Source of the DNA: a virus
IMG/VR virus record: IMGVR_UViG_3300037184_000121
Location: 43,603-107,602 of that record
Reading direction: 5' to 3' (one strand)
DNA: 64,000 nucleotides
Below the pieces are notes generated by a model. That model was not told where the DNA came from. It made no database searches and was given only the letters and a program-made list of their open reading frames with translations. Positions 9,225 through 19,883 of the stretch are shown here, in pieces; positions within the stretch are counted from its first letter, which is position 1, and every line of letters starts with the position of its first letter. The translations under genes and the position numbers were made by a program.

Positions 9225-10220
9225 GTGAAAAAGTTACTAGCCGTACTAGCCGTGGTTTTAGTGTCGAGGTTTAGTTTTGCAGATCCGTCTACAATTGGTA
9301 CACAACCACCTTCAGCTGGGTGGAATTTCGGTAACGTAACTTATGGACAAGAGGGGGGATCTCTTATCCTTAATTCATTGAGTGATCGTTATGGGATTGC
9401 ACAGTTTCAAACTGCAAATACCAACGGTCAAACTACTCAAATGCTTGGGAACGCAGATTACATCCCAGAAGCAGCCGTTAAGAATCAATTGGCGATTGAT
9501 GGCTACACTCAGGCATGGGATTATAATCCTCAGTATGCGGGGATTGATGCTTCCTATTACAATCAGTCCCTCCCTACGAATATTCCTTTAACTGAATTAA
9601 GCTTTACTGGACTGGCAGGAGATCCAACTGCTCTGCAAAACGTCTATGTTCCTACTTCTGAATACAATGCTCTGTCAGCTCAGGGGCAAGCAGCCAGTAT
9701 CAGCACTTTGAATACTGGTCTTGCCACCACGAATACCCAGGTGGCAGCAAATACAGCAGGTATCACTTCCATAAATAATATGAGTGATCCTACAACAGTG
9801 TTGAACCAGGCTGTGAATGGTAACACTGTAGCGATTGCAAATGAAACAGTTAGAGCTACAACCACAGAGAATTCTTTGTACACAGGGCTTAATAATGAAA
9901 CAGCACGAGCCCAAGGTGCCGAAGCTGGGCTGCAGAATCAGGTTAATGCTACCAATAGTAAGGTAGCTAACCTAGATAACCGTGTTGACAAGTTGGAACA
10001 GGTTAAGGCTATGGTTGATATGAATGTACGTATTCTTGATGCAAAGAAGTATTCAGTAGGTTTCTTTGATACTTGGGATGTGTCCAATAGTAGGAACTTT
10101 GCCTTTGGTGCTCGTTTGACATACAAGCTTGGTTCGTCGTATGAGGAACGTCAACTTGAGAAGCAGCAGAAGCAGATTGAAGCCTTACAGCGAGTATTGA
10201 CCAAGATTGCTAATCAGTAA
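9225..10220 (+). CDS. Secreted protein with trimeric-autotransporter (YadA-like) stalk features
   Basis: GAGGTG SD, GTG start, signal peptide KKLLAVLAVVLVSRFSFA; NETVRA/NETARA stalk motifs, coiled coil, C-terminal amphipathic beta strands. Confidence 0.55.
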   Translation: MKKLLAVLAVVLVSRFSFADPSTIGTQPPSAGWNFGNVTYGQEGGSLILNSLSDRYGIAQFQTANTNGQTTQMLGNADYIPEAAVKNQLAIDGYTQAWDYNPQYAGIDASYYNQSLPTNIPLTELSFTGLAGDPTALQNVYVPTSEYNALSAQGQAASISTLNTGLATTNTQVAANTAGITSINNMSDPTTVLNQAVNGNTVAIANETVRATTTENSLYTGLNNETARAQGAEAGLQNQVNATNSKVANLDNRVDKLEQVKAMVDMNVRILDAKKYSVGFFDTWDVSNSRNFAFGARLTYKLGSSYEERQLEKQQKQIEALQRVLTKIANQ

Positions 10221-10228
10221 ATTAGCCC

Positions 10229-10257
10229 TTGACAAAAGTAGATAAGTATGATAGACT
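10229..10257 (+). promoter_or_regulatory. sigma70-type promoter
   Basis: TTGACA-17-TAGACT; spacer contains GTAGATAAG. Confidence 0.8.
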
Positions 10258-10262
10258 GTAGT

Positions 10263-10418
10263 ATGAAGAAATTACCTTATCAGACAAAAGCGAAATGTCC
10301 AGTGTGCAATGAATTCAAATGGACGGATTTAAAATCTAAACAAAGGGCAGCTAGAGGTTGGTCTTGTACTGATTGTGTAGCTAAGAAATTTGGTATAACC
10401 TTTGAGGAAAGACAATGA
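10263..10418 (+). CDS. Small Zn-ribbon protein (not in ORF track; leaderless)
   Basis: MKKLPYQTKAKCPVC...WSCTDC; stop overlaps next ATG. Confidence 0.5.
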   Translation: MKKLPYQTKAKCPVCNEFKWTDLKSKQRAARGWSCTDCVAKKFGITFEERQ

Positions 10419-10599
10419 GTGAGACAGACGATATTTTTGATATTGATGATTTCCTAAAAAAGAAGAAAGCTCCTGCTTATATTCAGAAAGTATGGGATAA
10501 GCATCTAAGATATCTCAATGAGTGTGAGCAAGCTGCAGAAAAAGGTTTAGAAATAACCCAAGCTCTTAGAACTATTAAAACTGCTCTTGAGAAAATTAA

Positions 10600-10788
10600 A
10601 TGAGCTTTATAACTAACGACAATACATGTGAGTGTGGGCATCCGAAATCGAACCATGTTTATAACAACAAGTTCGAATCAGTCTGGTGTGAGCTGAATCA
10701 GAAGGTGTGTGATTGTTGGCAATACAAAGCGAGATATGTTGAGAGTAGAGAATATGTGGATCTTCAAATAGTTAGGGATTACAAATAA
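10600..10788 (+). CDS. Small CxCGH Zn-binding protein (no NLxYLE tail)
   Basis: CECGHPKSNH...C....CDC. Confidence 0.55.
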   Translation: MSFITNDNTCECGHPKSNHVYNNKFESVWCELNQKVCDCWQYKARYVESREYVDLQIVRDYK

Positions 10789-11034
10789 CTCAAGGGAGGG
10801 TTATCCAATGGCTCATAAACCTTATACAGCAGCAGAGAAGGCTAGGATTGTGGCGAAGGGAGAAGCAAGACTTGGGAATCAGCATTTCATTGGGATGACT
10901 GAGGTTGTTCCTGAAGTGCAAGTTCTTGAAACCTCAGAGCAGAAGGCTGAAAAGGCGCAAGCAAAGTTTCATGCTATGTACACTGATTTATTCGCTAAAG
11001 CGATTACTAATCTGCAGGATGGTCGGGATCTGAG

Positions 11035-11355
11035 GTGAAGATCCTAATTTCTATTCTGTGTTTAGGTCTATTGACTCCTGTGTATGCTGCAGAGTCATAT
11101 CAGGACCTATCCAGGGAATATAATCAGGTCTATAGAGAGTTTCTTAGAAATAAGATTGAGAAGTTTCCTAAGAAAGCGACTATAGCGATTTTCTTGAAGG
11201 ATGGAACGAGTGTAAAGGGAACCTTTGAAGGCTTTTCCAAATATGATGATGGTGTTTGGATTATGCCTCTGGGTAAGCATGGATTATTTGCAGATGAGGC
11301 ATATGATATTCGGCAGATCCAGGATGTAAGTCTAATTATACTAAGGAGAATCTAA
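11035..11355 (+). CDS. Exported hypothetical protein
   Basis: Signal peptide MKILISILCLGLLTPVYA. Confidence 0.5.
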   Translation: MKILISILCLGLLTPVYAAESYQDLSREYNQVYREFLRNKIEKFPKKATIAIFLKDGTSVKGTFEGFSKYDDGVWIMPLGKHGLFADEAYDIRQIQDVSLIILRRI

Positions 11356-11509
11356 TGAAAGAGAAATTATTGCTTGCATTATTCTTTGTATTGGTGGGGG
11401 GGAGTTTTGTTGCTATTACCCTCTCTGTCACAAAATTATTCGTTGCTAACGTGAATAGTGTAACAACAAGTTATTTTCCAGAAGGAAACTCTGGCATAGG
11501 TGAATAGTC

Positions 11510-12007
11510 ATGAATTATGGGGAGTTCTTAGCAGAAGCTCTTGGTGGTATTTTAATCTCCTATAAAGAGCATGGTAGCTCTCAGGGAGATTATGTTGCGA
11601 TCATTGAAAAAGATCATGACTGGCATATTTATAAAGGGAGTTATGGATCTTGTACTGGTTGTGATTGGTTAAAGGGTACTCGAATTTATAGTGAAGAAGA
11701 CTACAAGAAGTATGATCAAGATACGTATGATAGGGAAGCTCTTGAGAAGTGCGAAATCCTTCAATCGGTTAAGGACGAATATTTAAAAGAGAATGAGCCT
11801 TTCCTTATCATTCCAAAGTCTCAGATGCCTGAAACCTTAGAAGATTTGAAAGCTCTTTTGCCAGCGAACACAAGAACGATTGCTGACGAGAATTATAATG
11901 ACTTGGATTTGGATGCAGTGATTTTTGAGCAGATGAAAAATTTTCGATTGAATAACTTAGAGTATTTAGAAAAGAAAATTGAAGGCAAGGAGAGTTATGG
12001 CGAATAA
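11510..12007 (+). CDS. Hypothetical protein carrying NLxYLE tail
   Basis: YGSCTGCD motif; tail LNNLEYLEKK. Confidence 0.6.
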   Translation: MNYGEFLAEALGGILISYKEHGSSQGDYVAIIEKDHDWHIYKGSYGSCTGCDWLKGTRIYSEEDYKKYDQDTYDREALEKCEILQSVKDEYLKENEPFLIIPKSQMPETLEDLKALLPANTRTIADENYNDLDLDAVIFEQMKNFRLNNLEYLEKKIEGKESYGE

Positions 12008-12367
12008 AGGTGATAAGTTCTTAGCTAAGAGCATTGTTCCTCATGTCCAGGATCAGATTGTGGAATTTGTTGGCATTCAGGAGATCGGGATCGAGGATTA
12101 TCCTTCATTCGCTATTTATAATTTGACACAGGATATAGCAGGGCACCCAAAGAATAGTACCGTTAGTAAGTCTACTCTTATCGATTACGGTTTTGTTCTG
12201 CCTGAAGAGGCACCATAAAGGAGAGATGAGTATGAAAAAACTACTGAAGAAAGTCCTAATTAGCAAGAGGGAGAAGATTCCAGTTCAAGATCCTGTACAG
12301 GTACTTATTGCTCGTTTATGTGATCCTTTAGATCCCATATATGATGCAGAATTTGTAAAAGGTATGA

Positions 12368-12829
12368 ATGAAACAAATCCCTTTAACACAAAATAAAGTA
12401 GCTCTAGTAGATGATGACACCTATGAGGCTATTGGTTCCTTGAAATGGTATGCCCTTAAGGATAAGCAAAGATGGTATGCAGGTCGGGCTGTAGGCTCTG
12501 GTATTAGAGCAATAATGCGTATGCATCATTGCATTGTTGGTCAACCCTTAAATAATGATGAGGTAGATCACATTGATGGTGATGGTCTGAATAATCAAAG
12601 ATCGAATTTAAGGATTGTTTCTAAAAGATTAAATCAAGGTAATCAGATAAATAGAATCAACCCTAAATCTTCAAAATATGTTGGAGTTTCTTTTAGAAAA
12701 GCAACTGGAAGATGGGAAGCAGGTCTTAAGATTAATAATAAAAGAAAACATCTAGGATATTTTTTCTCCGAACAAGAAGCACATGAAGCTTACTTAAACG
12801 CTTTAAGTAATTTAAATGAAAATAAGTAA
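12368..12829 (+). CDS. HNH-AP2 homing endonuclease
   Basis: IPLTQNKVALVD, MHH.I, VDHIDGDGLNNQRSNLR, SSKYVGVS...HLGYF..EQEAH.AY. Confidence 0.9.
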   Translation: MKQIPLTQNKVALVDDDTYEAIGSLKWYALKDKQRWYAGRAVGSGIRAIMRMHHCIVGQPLNNDEVDHIDGDGLNNQRSNLRIVSKRLNQGNQINRINPKSSKYVGVSFRKATGRWEAGLKINNKRKHLGYFFSEQEAHEAYLNALSNLNENK

Positions 12830-12970
12830 TAATGGTAGTTTCTTAGACGTATCAGTATCTCACGGTTTGTTTAATATGAATGCCCAGGTCAAATTGGTAA
12901 ACCTTTTGATTGGGTACGCTATATTAGGTTTGATTATTGCTGTCCGTTGGTATCGTAAACATAAAAATAA

Positions 12971-14143
12971 ATGAACTTTCTATTTGTCCTTGCAGCACTA
13001 GTTCACTTCAGTCAGGGTATTGCGTCCCTGGCTGGTCAACCTTTATACTATTACCTGAGAGAACACCTGGGTATCAGCGTTTCCACTATTATGCTGATTG
13101 GTTCACTCACGAATCTACCATGGATGCTGAAACCTTTGTATGGATTCCTTAGTGACTCATACCCCATTTTTTCCCTCCGTCGTAAACCCTACATTTTTAT
13201 CAGTGGAGCTATCTGTAGCATTATGGCCCTTGTGATCGGGCTTTCCCCTATTGTTTCCCTTAGCGTGTTGATCGGATTCCTTTTCATTTATGCCATTGGG
13301 CAAGCAGGAGATAATGTTGCCGTGAATGGTCTTGTGGTGGAGCAGGGGGTGAAGGATGGGACTGTGGGCAAGTATCAAAGTGTCCAATGGGCAAGCCTTG
13401 GTGTAGCGACTATCATTACAGGTATCCTGGGCGGCTATATCTCTGAAAAGGCTGATTATCACTTTGCCTATTTGGTGATTGCTTTATTTCCTGCATCTAT
13501 TATGGTGCTATCCTTCTGGCTCAAAGAAGAGAAGTGTAAGAAGATTATCAGAACGATTGGTTCTATGCATCCTACTAAAGAGTTTTTTGTTAAGCTGAAT
13601 AATCGGCAGCTCATCCTTTCAACTGCTTTCCTATTCCTGTTTTGGTTTGATCCATCCTTTGGGACTCCATTAATGGACAAGATGCGTAACACCCTTCATT
13701 TTTCGAAGATTTGGATTGGATGGCTGGATACCATTGGCTCAGCATTTGGTATCGTTGGAGCGTTGATTTATTTTAAGTACAATAAGGGTCTAAATGTTAA
13801 AAAATGGCTGTATTATAGCGTTATTTTGAATGGTATCTTTACATTCGCCTATCTGTGGCTTACTCCCACAACTATACTGATTTATAGTGTTGTTTTTAAT
13901 GTCACTGGTCAGTTTACTCATCTTTTGATGCTTGGGATGATGGCCTATATGTGTCCAGAGGGCACTGAAGCCACTACATTTGCCCTTCTAACGGCTATTG
14001 TTAACTTTGGGTCATTCTGTTCAGGCATCGTTGGGGCAAAGTTATTTGGGCTATTTGGATACAATGGATTGGTCATTATTTCGGCAGCAGCAGGGTTTCT
14101 CTGTTTGCCATTTATACCATTTCTACAGGTGCGAAATAAATAA
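12971..14143 (+). CDS. MFS transporter, BT1 folate/biopterin family
   Basis: About 12 hydrophobic segments; LPWMLKPLYGFLSDSYPIFSLRRKPY and CPEGTEATTFALL family signatures. Confidence 0.82.
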   Translation: MNFLFVLAALVHFSQGIASLAGQPLYYYLREHLGISVSTIMLIGSLTNLPWMLKPLYGFLSDSYPIFSLRRKPYIFISGAICSIMALVIGLSPIVSLSVLIGFLFIYAIGQAGDNVAVNGLVVEQGVKDGTVGKYQSVQWASLGVATIITGILGGYISEKADYHFAYLVIALFPASIMVLSFWLKEEKCKKIIRTIGSMHPTKEFFVKLNNRQLILSTAFLFLFWFDPSFGTPLMDKMRNTLHFSKIWIGWLDTIGSAFGIVGALIYFKYNKGLNVKKWLYYSVILNGIFTFAYLWLTPTTILIYSVVFNVTGQFTHLLMLGMMAYMCPEGTEATTFALLTAIVNFGSFCSGIVGAKLFGLFGYNGLVIISAAAGFLCLPFIPFLQVRNK

Positions 14144-14188
14144 AGCTTGCAAATAACGAGCAAGTGTGAAGAGAGCTAAAAATAAGCC

Positions 14189-14217
14189 TTGACAAGATAA
14201 CAATCTTGTGTTATACT
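14189..14217 (+). promoter_or_regulatory. sigma70-type promoter
   Basis: TTGACA-AGATAACAATCTTGTGT-TATACT. Confidence 0.88.
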
Positions 14218-14740
14218 GAAGTATGGATAAATGTTTTGCATGTGGTAAGAAAATAGATAAAGAACCTCGTTTAGCTTTTACATTTGAAGGTGAGCAGGTT
14301 TTTGTTGGCTCAAATTGCTATAAGCATATTTCGAATATGACAATCCATGGATGGCAATATTCAGAAGATAAACCACGATTGTATACAACTATGTTGCCTC
14401 TGTGTAATTGTCATTGGCCTTGGAAAGGGAGGACACAATGAAAAAACTAAAAATGAATAATGATTTATGTCAATTGTGCCAAGAGCGTGAGCATAATACT
14501 ATTGTGACCTTCGATATAAATACTTGTGCTGATTTGAACACTCCAGAATTCGTTTGCGATATTTGCCATGAGCTTAGATTAATTCAAAAGGGATGGATTC
14601 AGGATAAAAGAACTAGTAATTGGGTAAATCCTAAGTTTGCAGAGAAAAATACAGGAGATGCTTGCATTATGTGTAGGGCTGCTATGCATAAACAATGTGA
14701 AGCAGAAGGTTGTGAGTGTCAGGATTGCTAAAATAATCCC

Positions 14741-14769
14741 TTGACAAGATAACAATGTTCTGTTATACT
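14741..14769 (+). promoter_or_regulatory. sigma70-type promoter
   Basis: TTGACA-AGATAACAATGTTCTGT-TATACT. Confidence 0.88.
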
Positions 14770-14776
14770 GAAATAT

Positions 14777-15007
14777 ATGAAAAAACTAATTTCTATTATA
14801 ATTATTCTGTTTAGTTTGAATTCTATTGTGAATGCAACTGAGCTTCGTTATGTCCCACCTCAACCAGTTCAGAATAGCAGCAATGGAAATTCTCACACAG
14901 CGGATTATGTAGCTATTTCAGTGGGCATTGCGGCATTGATTATTTGGATATACCAGATGCATCATAAGCATAAACAAGAGACAGAAATATTGAAAGGGAG
15001 GATTTAA
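14777..15007 (+). CDS. Small exported/membrane protein
   Basis: Signal peptide plus one TM segment; starts at the predicted TSS. Confidence 0.5.
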   Translation: MKKLISIIIILFSLNSIVNATELRYVPPQPVQNSSNGNSHTADYVAISVGIAALIIWIYQMHHKHKQETEILKGRI

Positions 15008-15373
15008 AAATGAGAGGTCATAAATGTACTCAGAATCCAAGTCAACCATTTCGTGTCTCTCTTAATACTGACGGAATACCTGTGGTTAATTGCACTCAGG
15101 TTAAAAATCGTATCCGAGGAATTAGTAAGCAGGATTTTACAAGTTTTGATGCGGCTATAATGTTTAATCGCTTGCATGAATTGGGGGCAAGAGTAGGCAA
15201 GATCAATGACTTGCTCATCACCTTTGATGGCATTGCAAAGCATTGGGCTTGGAAACTAGAAAAGCTTGAATGGAATGTTAATCGTAGGCAGATTCGAGAT
15301 GCTATTGAATTAGTCTCTAGGAGAAAAGGATCTCTTGGTAATGGACCTTCAGAACAACTGGAAGGAGAATAAT

Positions 15374-15886
15374 ATGCTAAAAGGAACTCATCATTTAAAA
15401 GAGACACGTCTTGCCATTAGTTATTCAAAGCAAGGAGTTCTTTTTACTAAAGAGCATAGTGGTAAAATAAGTAAAGCTCTTAAGAATAAACACAAAACTC
15501 TTGCTCATCGTAAAGCTATTAGCTTGGGTCGAAGAAATGGTCTTAAAAGGAATAGGGTAGTTTGTAAGATAGAGAAAGGAATTAGTAGAATGAATGTTCC
15601 TTTGCGTTATTTTTTGTCTAAATTGAAGATGAAGTTGACCAATAGAAATGAGTCTAGATTTTTGAGGATAAAAAAGACCATTTTAAATTTTGTCCAGACA
15701 CATAAACGTTTACCTCATAAGCATTCTTCCTATAATTATGCAGAGCTGCCAGATTGGTCTAAAAAAGAACGGGTATTAAATTATCGGTTGTCTTATTTCA
15801 CTAGTAAAGGCTCTGGATTTGATCCTAGATTTAAACAGCAGCTTGAAGATTTGCGTAGTGAACTTGGTATTGGAAGAGGGATTTAA
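15374..15886 (+). CDS. Basic protein with NUMOD3-like repeats
   Basis: HLKETRLAIS, TKEHSGKISKALK, TLAHRKAIS. Confidence 0.5.
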   Translation: MLKGTHHLKETRLAISYSKQGVLFTKEHSGKISKALKNKHKTLAHRKAISLGRRNGLKRNRVVCKIEKGISRMNVPLRYFLSKLKMKLTNRNESRFLRIKKTILNFVQTHKRLPHKHSSYNYAELPDWSKKERVLNYRLSYFTSKGSGFDPRFKQQLEDLRSELGIGRGI

Positions 15887-15891
15887 AAGAG

Positions 15892-17233
15892 ATGATTAGG
15901 TATTTTGTCAAAAGTCAACGGTTTCAATTTAGCGTTAAGGATGAATTTTTATGTGGTGGGAAACCACTATGGGATCAGACACTGATGGATTTAGCAGGGA
16001 TTGGTATAAATTATATTCCAGCGGATAATTTAAAATATTTAGAAAAGTGTTGGGAAGAATCTATAAATGAATAGTATTCCTTGTAAATGTAGTCATGGAT
16101 TAGAGGAGCATTTTCTAAATTCATCAAATAGGATTACATGCAGAGTGTGTGCTGCTCCAATATTTAGCATGAGCAAGGAAGAATGGAATTTAAAAAAGAA
16201 AGAATTAAGGTTTTATTGGGTACATCCATACAAGAGAGATAACCTCAAATATTTGGAGCAGTTGGTGAGTAACAATGACTGAGCAAGAGCGTCAAGAACA
16301 GCGCATTAACTTTTATAAAATAAGGGCTATGTCTCCTTGCCTCTGCAGCCATGAATCTATCGATCATACCTGTTGGGTAGATGCTGATGGAAGTGGAAAA
16401 GGACTTGTGTATCCTGATTTTAGATACTGTGACACAAGGTATTGTGAATGTGAGAAGTATAAACAAGACAATCTAAGATACCTGGAGAGTTTAAGTGAGT
16501 AAAGATTTTCCTTGTGAGTGTGGACACATAAGGCAGTCAGAGGAAACCCTCAACAGTATTTGTGTATCATGGCATGATGATAGAGATAATGATCATCAAT
16601 TAGCTGCATGTCGCTACTGTGATTGTAAGAGATACAGACCAAGTAATTTAAAGTATTTAGAAAGGTTGGCTGAAAAGTATGAATATTGAAATGAAAGATG
16701 ATGAAGTATTTGATTTTTTAAGTAAGAAATTGACCGTTCTTCAAGTTGATATAAAATATAATGAGAATGGGCCTACTTGGTTAGCACAGATGGAGAAGAT
16801 AAAATCCTTAACTAGAGCTGTGGAAGTTATAGTTAATAGGAAATTTAATGAACCTGAGTAATAAAGCCCTTGACAGCACTGGATAATTATAATGTCAAAC
16901 AGTAATAGATATATAAGTGTTTTGAAATGCAAATGTAATCATAAATATTATGAGCATGAGTTTTTCGATAGCAAGGATATAGGGTTTGATATTGATCCTC
17001 GTCCAGAAGCATGTATTTATTGCGAATGTCTTGATTTTGTAGATTGGAGAATAAATAGGTGGTGTATTTGTGGTCATGCTGAAAGTGAACACCATCTTGG
17101 CATTGTATCAGGTTCTACTATTTGTCGTGAGTGTCTTAGGTTTAATATAAATCGTAATACTCATCCATTTAGGCCAGATAATCTAAGATATTTGGAATGG
17201 AAATGGGAAGAAAAATTAGCTCTTGACAAGTAG
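15892..17233 (+). CDS. Tandem array of NLxYLE-tail small proteins (15892-16074, 16067-16282, 16275-16502, 16495-16689, 16892-17233) plus one unrelated ORF (16679-16861)
   Basis: Tails ADNLKYLE, RDNLKYLE, QDNLRYLE, PSNLKYLE, PDNLRYLE; CxCxH heads; overlapping stops/starts. Confidence 0.75.
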
Positions 17234-17251
17234 ATAAAGATCTGCTAGACT
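17223..17251 (+). promoter_or_regulatory. sigma70-type promoter
   Basis: TTGACA-17-TAGACT; spacer contains GTAGATAA. Confidence 0.8.
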
Positions 17252-17441
17252 TAGGAAACAAGAGAAAGGTGGATAACAAATATGGACATTTTAATGACCC
17301 AAGAAGAAATGGACAACCTTATAATACAGCATCGTCAGTTGATTTATGATTATCAGCATTGCCATGCTATCAATACAGTTAAAGGTATGTTTGGATGGAC
17401 TGAGGACCCCACTACACCTTATTTTTGGCCTAGTAAAGAGC

Positions 17442-17470
17442 TTGTAAAGTAGTTGAATTTATGTTATACT
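17442..17470 (+). promoter_or_regulatory. sigma70-type promoter upstream of replication block
   Basis: TTGTAA-17-TATACT with TG extended -10. Confidence 0.65.
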
Positions 17471-17669
17471 TGCTACAGGAGATATAATATGAGTAAGAAG
17501 AAATCTTTTATTAAGTCAACAGATAAAGAGAGAATAGAATTTCTTAGAACAGCTATCAGGCAAGCTACAGAACGAGATGGTGTGCCTTGCATGTGCATTC
17601 TCTGTGAGGCTCTTCAGTTCGACTACATGGCTATGAAAGGTGAGATAAATCTGAAGACTGGCAAAAGAA

Positions 17670-17837
17670 ATGAAGCCTAATGCTATAACAAGTTGTCAAT
17701 CTAAGAAACGCTATGATGGGGAAGCTGAGGCAGAACAGACAGCTATGTATTTGTATACTTATAAAGCAGTGGTAGTTAAATCTTATCATTGTACAGTATG
17801 TCTTGGATGGCATCTCACTAGACGAGGAACAGTATAA
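17670..17837 (+). CDS. Small Zn-binding phage protein (not in ORF track)
   Basis: CQSKKRY...YHCTVCLGWHLT; TAATG overlap with helicase. Confidence 0.55.
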   Translation: MKPNAITSCQSKKRYDGEAEAEQTAMYLYTYKAVVVKSYHCTVCLGWHLTRRGTV

Positions 17838-19213
17838 TGGATTCTACACTAGAAGGTAAATTTTTAGCACATGTTTTAAAAAGTCCCAGTGGCTTAGCCA
17901 TAGCCCAGCAAAAAGGTATAACCTCAGATTTTTTCCAGGAAGATGTATCCAAAAAATTGTTTGATATTAACCGTTGGTACGTTAATACCTATGGAGTTCT
18001 TCTTTCTGCCAGCGAATTAGAGGGTTCCTTAAAGCAAGCTACTACCCTGGACGATGAATTTAAGAAATCTATTCTTAAATCATTCTTCGAGTTGCAGCTT
18101 CTTCCGTTAGATACAGATATCAATTTTCTTTGTGATCAATTCAGCACTTATTATAAAAAGAATCTGTTAGAGACTGCCTTAAGACGTGCAGGGGCAAAAT
18201 ATTCTAATAATGAAATTGAAGATTCTATTGCAGCCTTGAAATATGATTTGGTTAAGATTGACAGTAAATTTCGAGTTGAAGAGAGTCGATCAGGTCAACT
18301 TGATGAGTTTGGGGATCGAATTTTTGCTGAATATGAGGATCGTAAGGTAAATCCAAGTAAATATGAAGGCTTAAAATTAGGCTTTGGAGAACTTGACAAG
18401 ATAATTGGTGGACTTGTGAAATCTAGTGTGTCTATTTTGCTTGCCCCTCCTAAAGATTTTAAGACAGCTTTAGCAATGACTATTTGTTATAATGTTGCAA
18501 AACGAGGGGTATATTCAGTTTATTTTGCAAATGAAGGTACAATCGAACTTTTTTACATGCGGTTTGCAGCAATGGAGCTTAGTATACCTCTATCTAACAT
18601 AAAAGATGGAAATATGACAGGCATGGAAGAATCAAGATGGATTCAATTTATAACCTCAGTTAGAGAAGGTAAACATCAGATCCTAAATAAGATATATTTT
18701 GCAGAAGTACCACTGTCATTAAGTACACCCACCTATCTTGCTGAATTGCTTAAGAAACTTAGAGAAGAAGGTAAGAATGTTGGCTTAGTTGTTATTGATC
18801 ACTTTGGTCGTATGACTACTACAGATAAGACTATTTCACAAGATTGGCAAAAAAAAGGGGTAGTTGCTGAGGAATTGTGTAATTTGGCACGATCTGAACG
18901 TGTTCCTTTCTTTTTATTGACACATGTAAAATCTCAAAGTGCAAAAGATGCTTTAGAAGACAATGCAGATTTCTCAGCATACGATATCGAAAGGTCGGGA
19001 CAGCCCCTTAAAGATGTTGATTATGTCTTTAGTTGGCGTATAGAAAATCGTGAAGAATTTGATAGGAATGGCAAAAAAGGATTTGCTCGCCTTGCCTTAG
19101 TACTTTCCAGACATTCAGAAACATGTGGTTCAGTATTACAAATCAATGGAAAATATATGCAGATCCAAGAAATGAAGATAGGTGGCACCAATCAGGTAAA
19201 TAACAATGAGTAG
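17837..19213 (+). CDS. DnaB-like replicative helicase
   Basis: LGFGELDKIIGGL, divergent Walker A APPKDFKT, FANE, Walker B VVIDH, SGQPLKDVD, SRH. Confidence 0.78.
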   Translation: MDSTLEGKFLAHVLKSPSGLAIAQQKGITSDFFQEDVSKKLFDINRWYVNTYGVLLSASELEGSLKQATTLDDEFKKSILKSFFELQLLPLDTDINFLCDQFSTYYKKNLLETALRRAGAKYSNNEIEDSIAALKYDLVKIDSKFRVEESRSGQLDEFGDRIFAEYEDRKVNPSKYEGLKLGFGELDKIIGGLVKSSVSILLAPPKDFKTALAMTICYNVAKRGVYSVYFANEGTIELFYMRFAAMELSIPLSNIKDGNMTGMEESRWIQFITSVREGKHQILNKIYFAEVPLSLSTPTYLAELLKKLREEGKNVGLVVIDHFGRMTTTDKTISQDWQKKGVVAEELCNLARSERVPFFLLTHVKSQSAKDALEDNADFSAYDIERSGQPLKDVDYVFSWRIENREEFDRNGKKGFARLALVLSRHSETCGSVLQINGKYMQIQEMKIGGTNQVNNNE

Positions 19214-19883
19214 AAAGAAAGGAAGTAAAAATAAAGTCCACAAACAATTTTGTCTTAATGGGCATGATGTACTTATTTGTGGCAGATCTAACACTGGTAA
19301 TTGTAGAGATTGTGAACGGGCTAGAGGACTACAATATTATCAAGATCATACAGAAGAAGTAAATGCTACAAATAATAGATGTTATGCTAGAGATCGATTA
19401 AAAATATTGAAAAATCAAAAAGTATATGAAAAAGAAAATAGATCAAAAATTCTTGCTACGAAATTAGCACGTAGAAAGGTAAGACGTGCAACTGATCCAG
19501 TTTTTAAGTTAAAAGAGAAATTAAGGGGCAGACTTCATACGGCTCTTGTAGGAAAAAAGAAACAAGGATCTGCAGTTAAGGATTTAGGATGTGGAGGGGA
19601 ATTTCTAAAAGATTATATTGCTGCTAAATTCTCTGCTAGTATGACTTGGGATAATTGGGGTAAAATATGGGAGTTAGATCATATAGTTCCATTGTGGAAG
19701 TTTAATTTAGAAGATAGAGAACAGTTCTTAAAGGCAGTTCACTATACTAATCTTCAACCATTAACTGTAGAAGATCATGCTAGAAAATCAGCGAATGAAG
19801 TTAGAGAATGGATAAAGTATCAACAGGAATTGAAAAAGACTAGAGGAATAGATAAATGCCAAGACTCACCATTAAAGAGCTAG
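19206..19883 (+). CDS. HNH homing endonuclease with CxxGH Zn-binding N-module
   Basis: FCLNGHD..CRDC; DLGC..L..YI..KF...MTWDNWG..WELDHI.P...HYTNLQPL. Confidence 0.8.
   Translation: MSRKKGSKNKVHKQFCLNGHDVLICGRSNTGNCRDCERARGLQYYQDHTEEVNATNNRCYARDRLKILKNQKVYEKENRSKILATKLARRKVRRATDPVFKLKEKLRGRLHTALVGKKKQGSAVKDLGCGGEFLKDYIAAKFSASMTWDNWGKIWELDHIVPLWKFNLEDREQFLKAVHYTNLQPLTVEDHARKSANEVREWIKYQQELKKTRGIDKCQDSPLKS

Noticed and set aside
15892-17233. CRISPR array, integron attC array or DGR as explanation for the repeated tails
   Set aside because: Repeats are degenerate at synonymous positions and not palindromic; no cas, integrase or reverse transcriptase gene in the window
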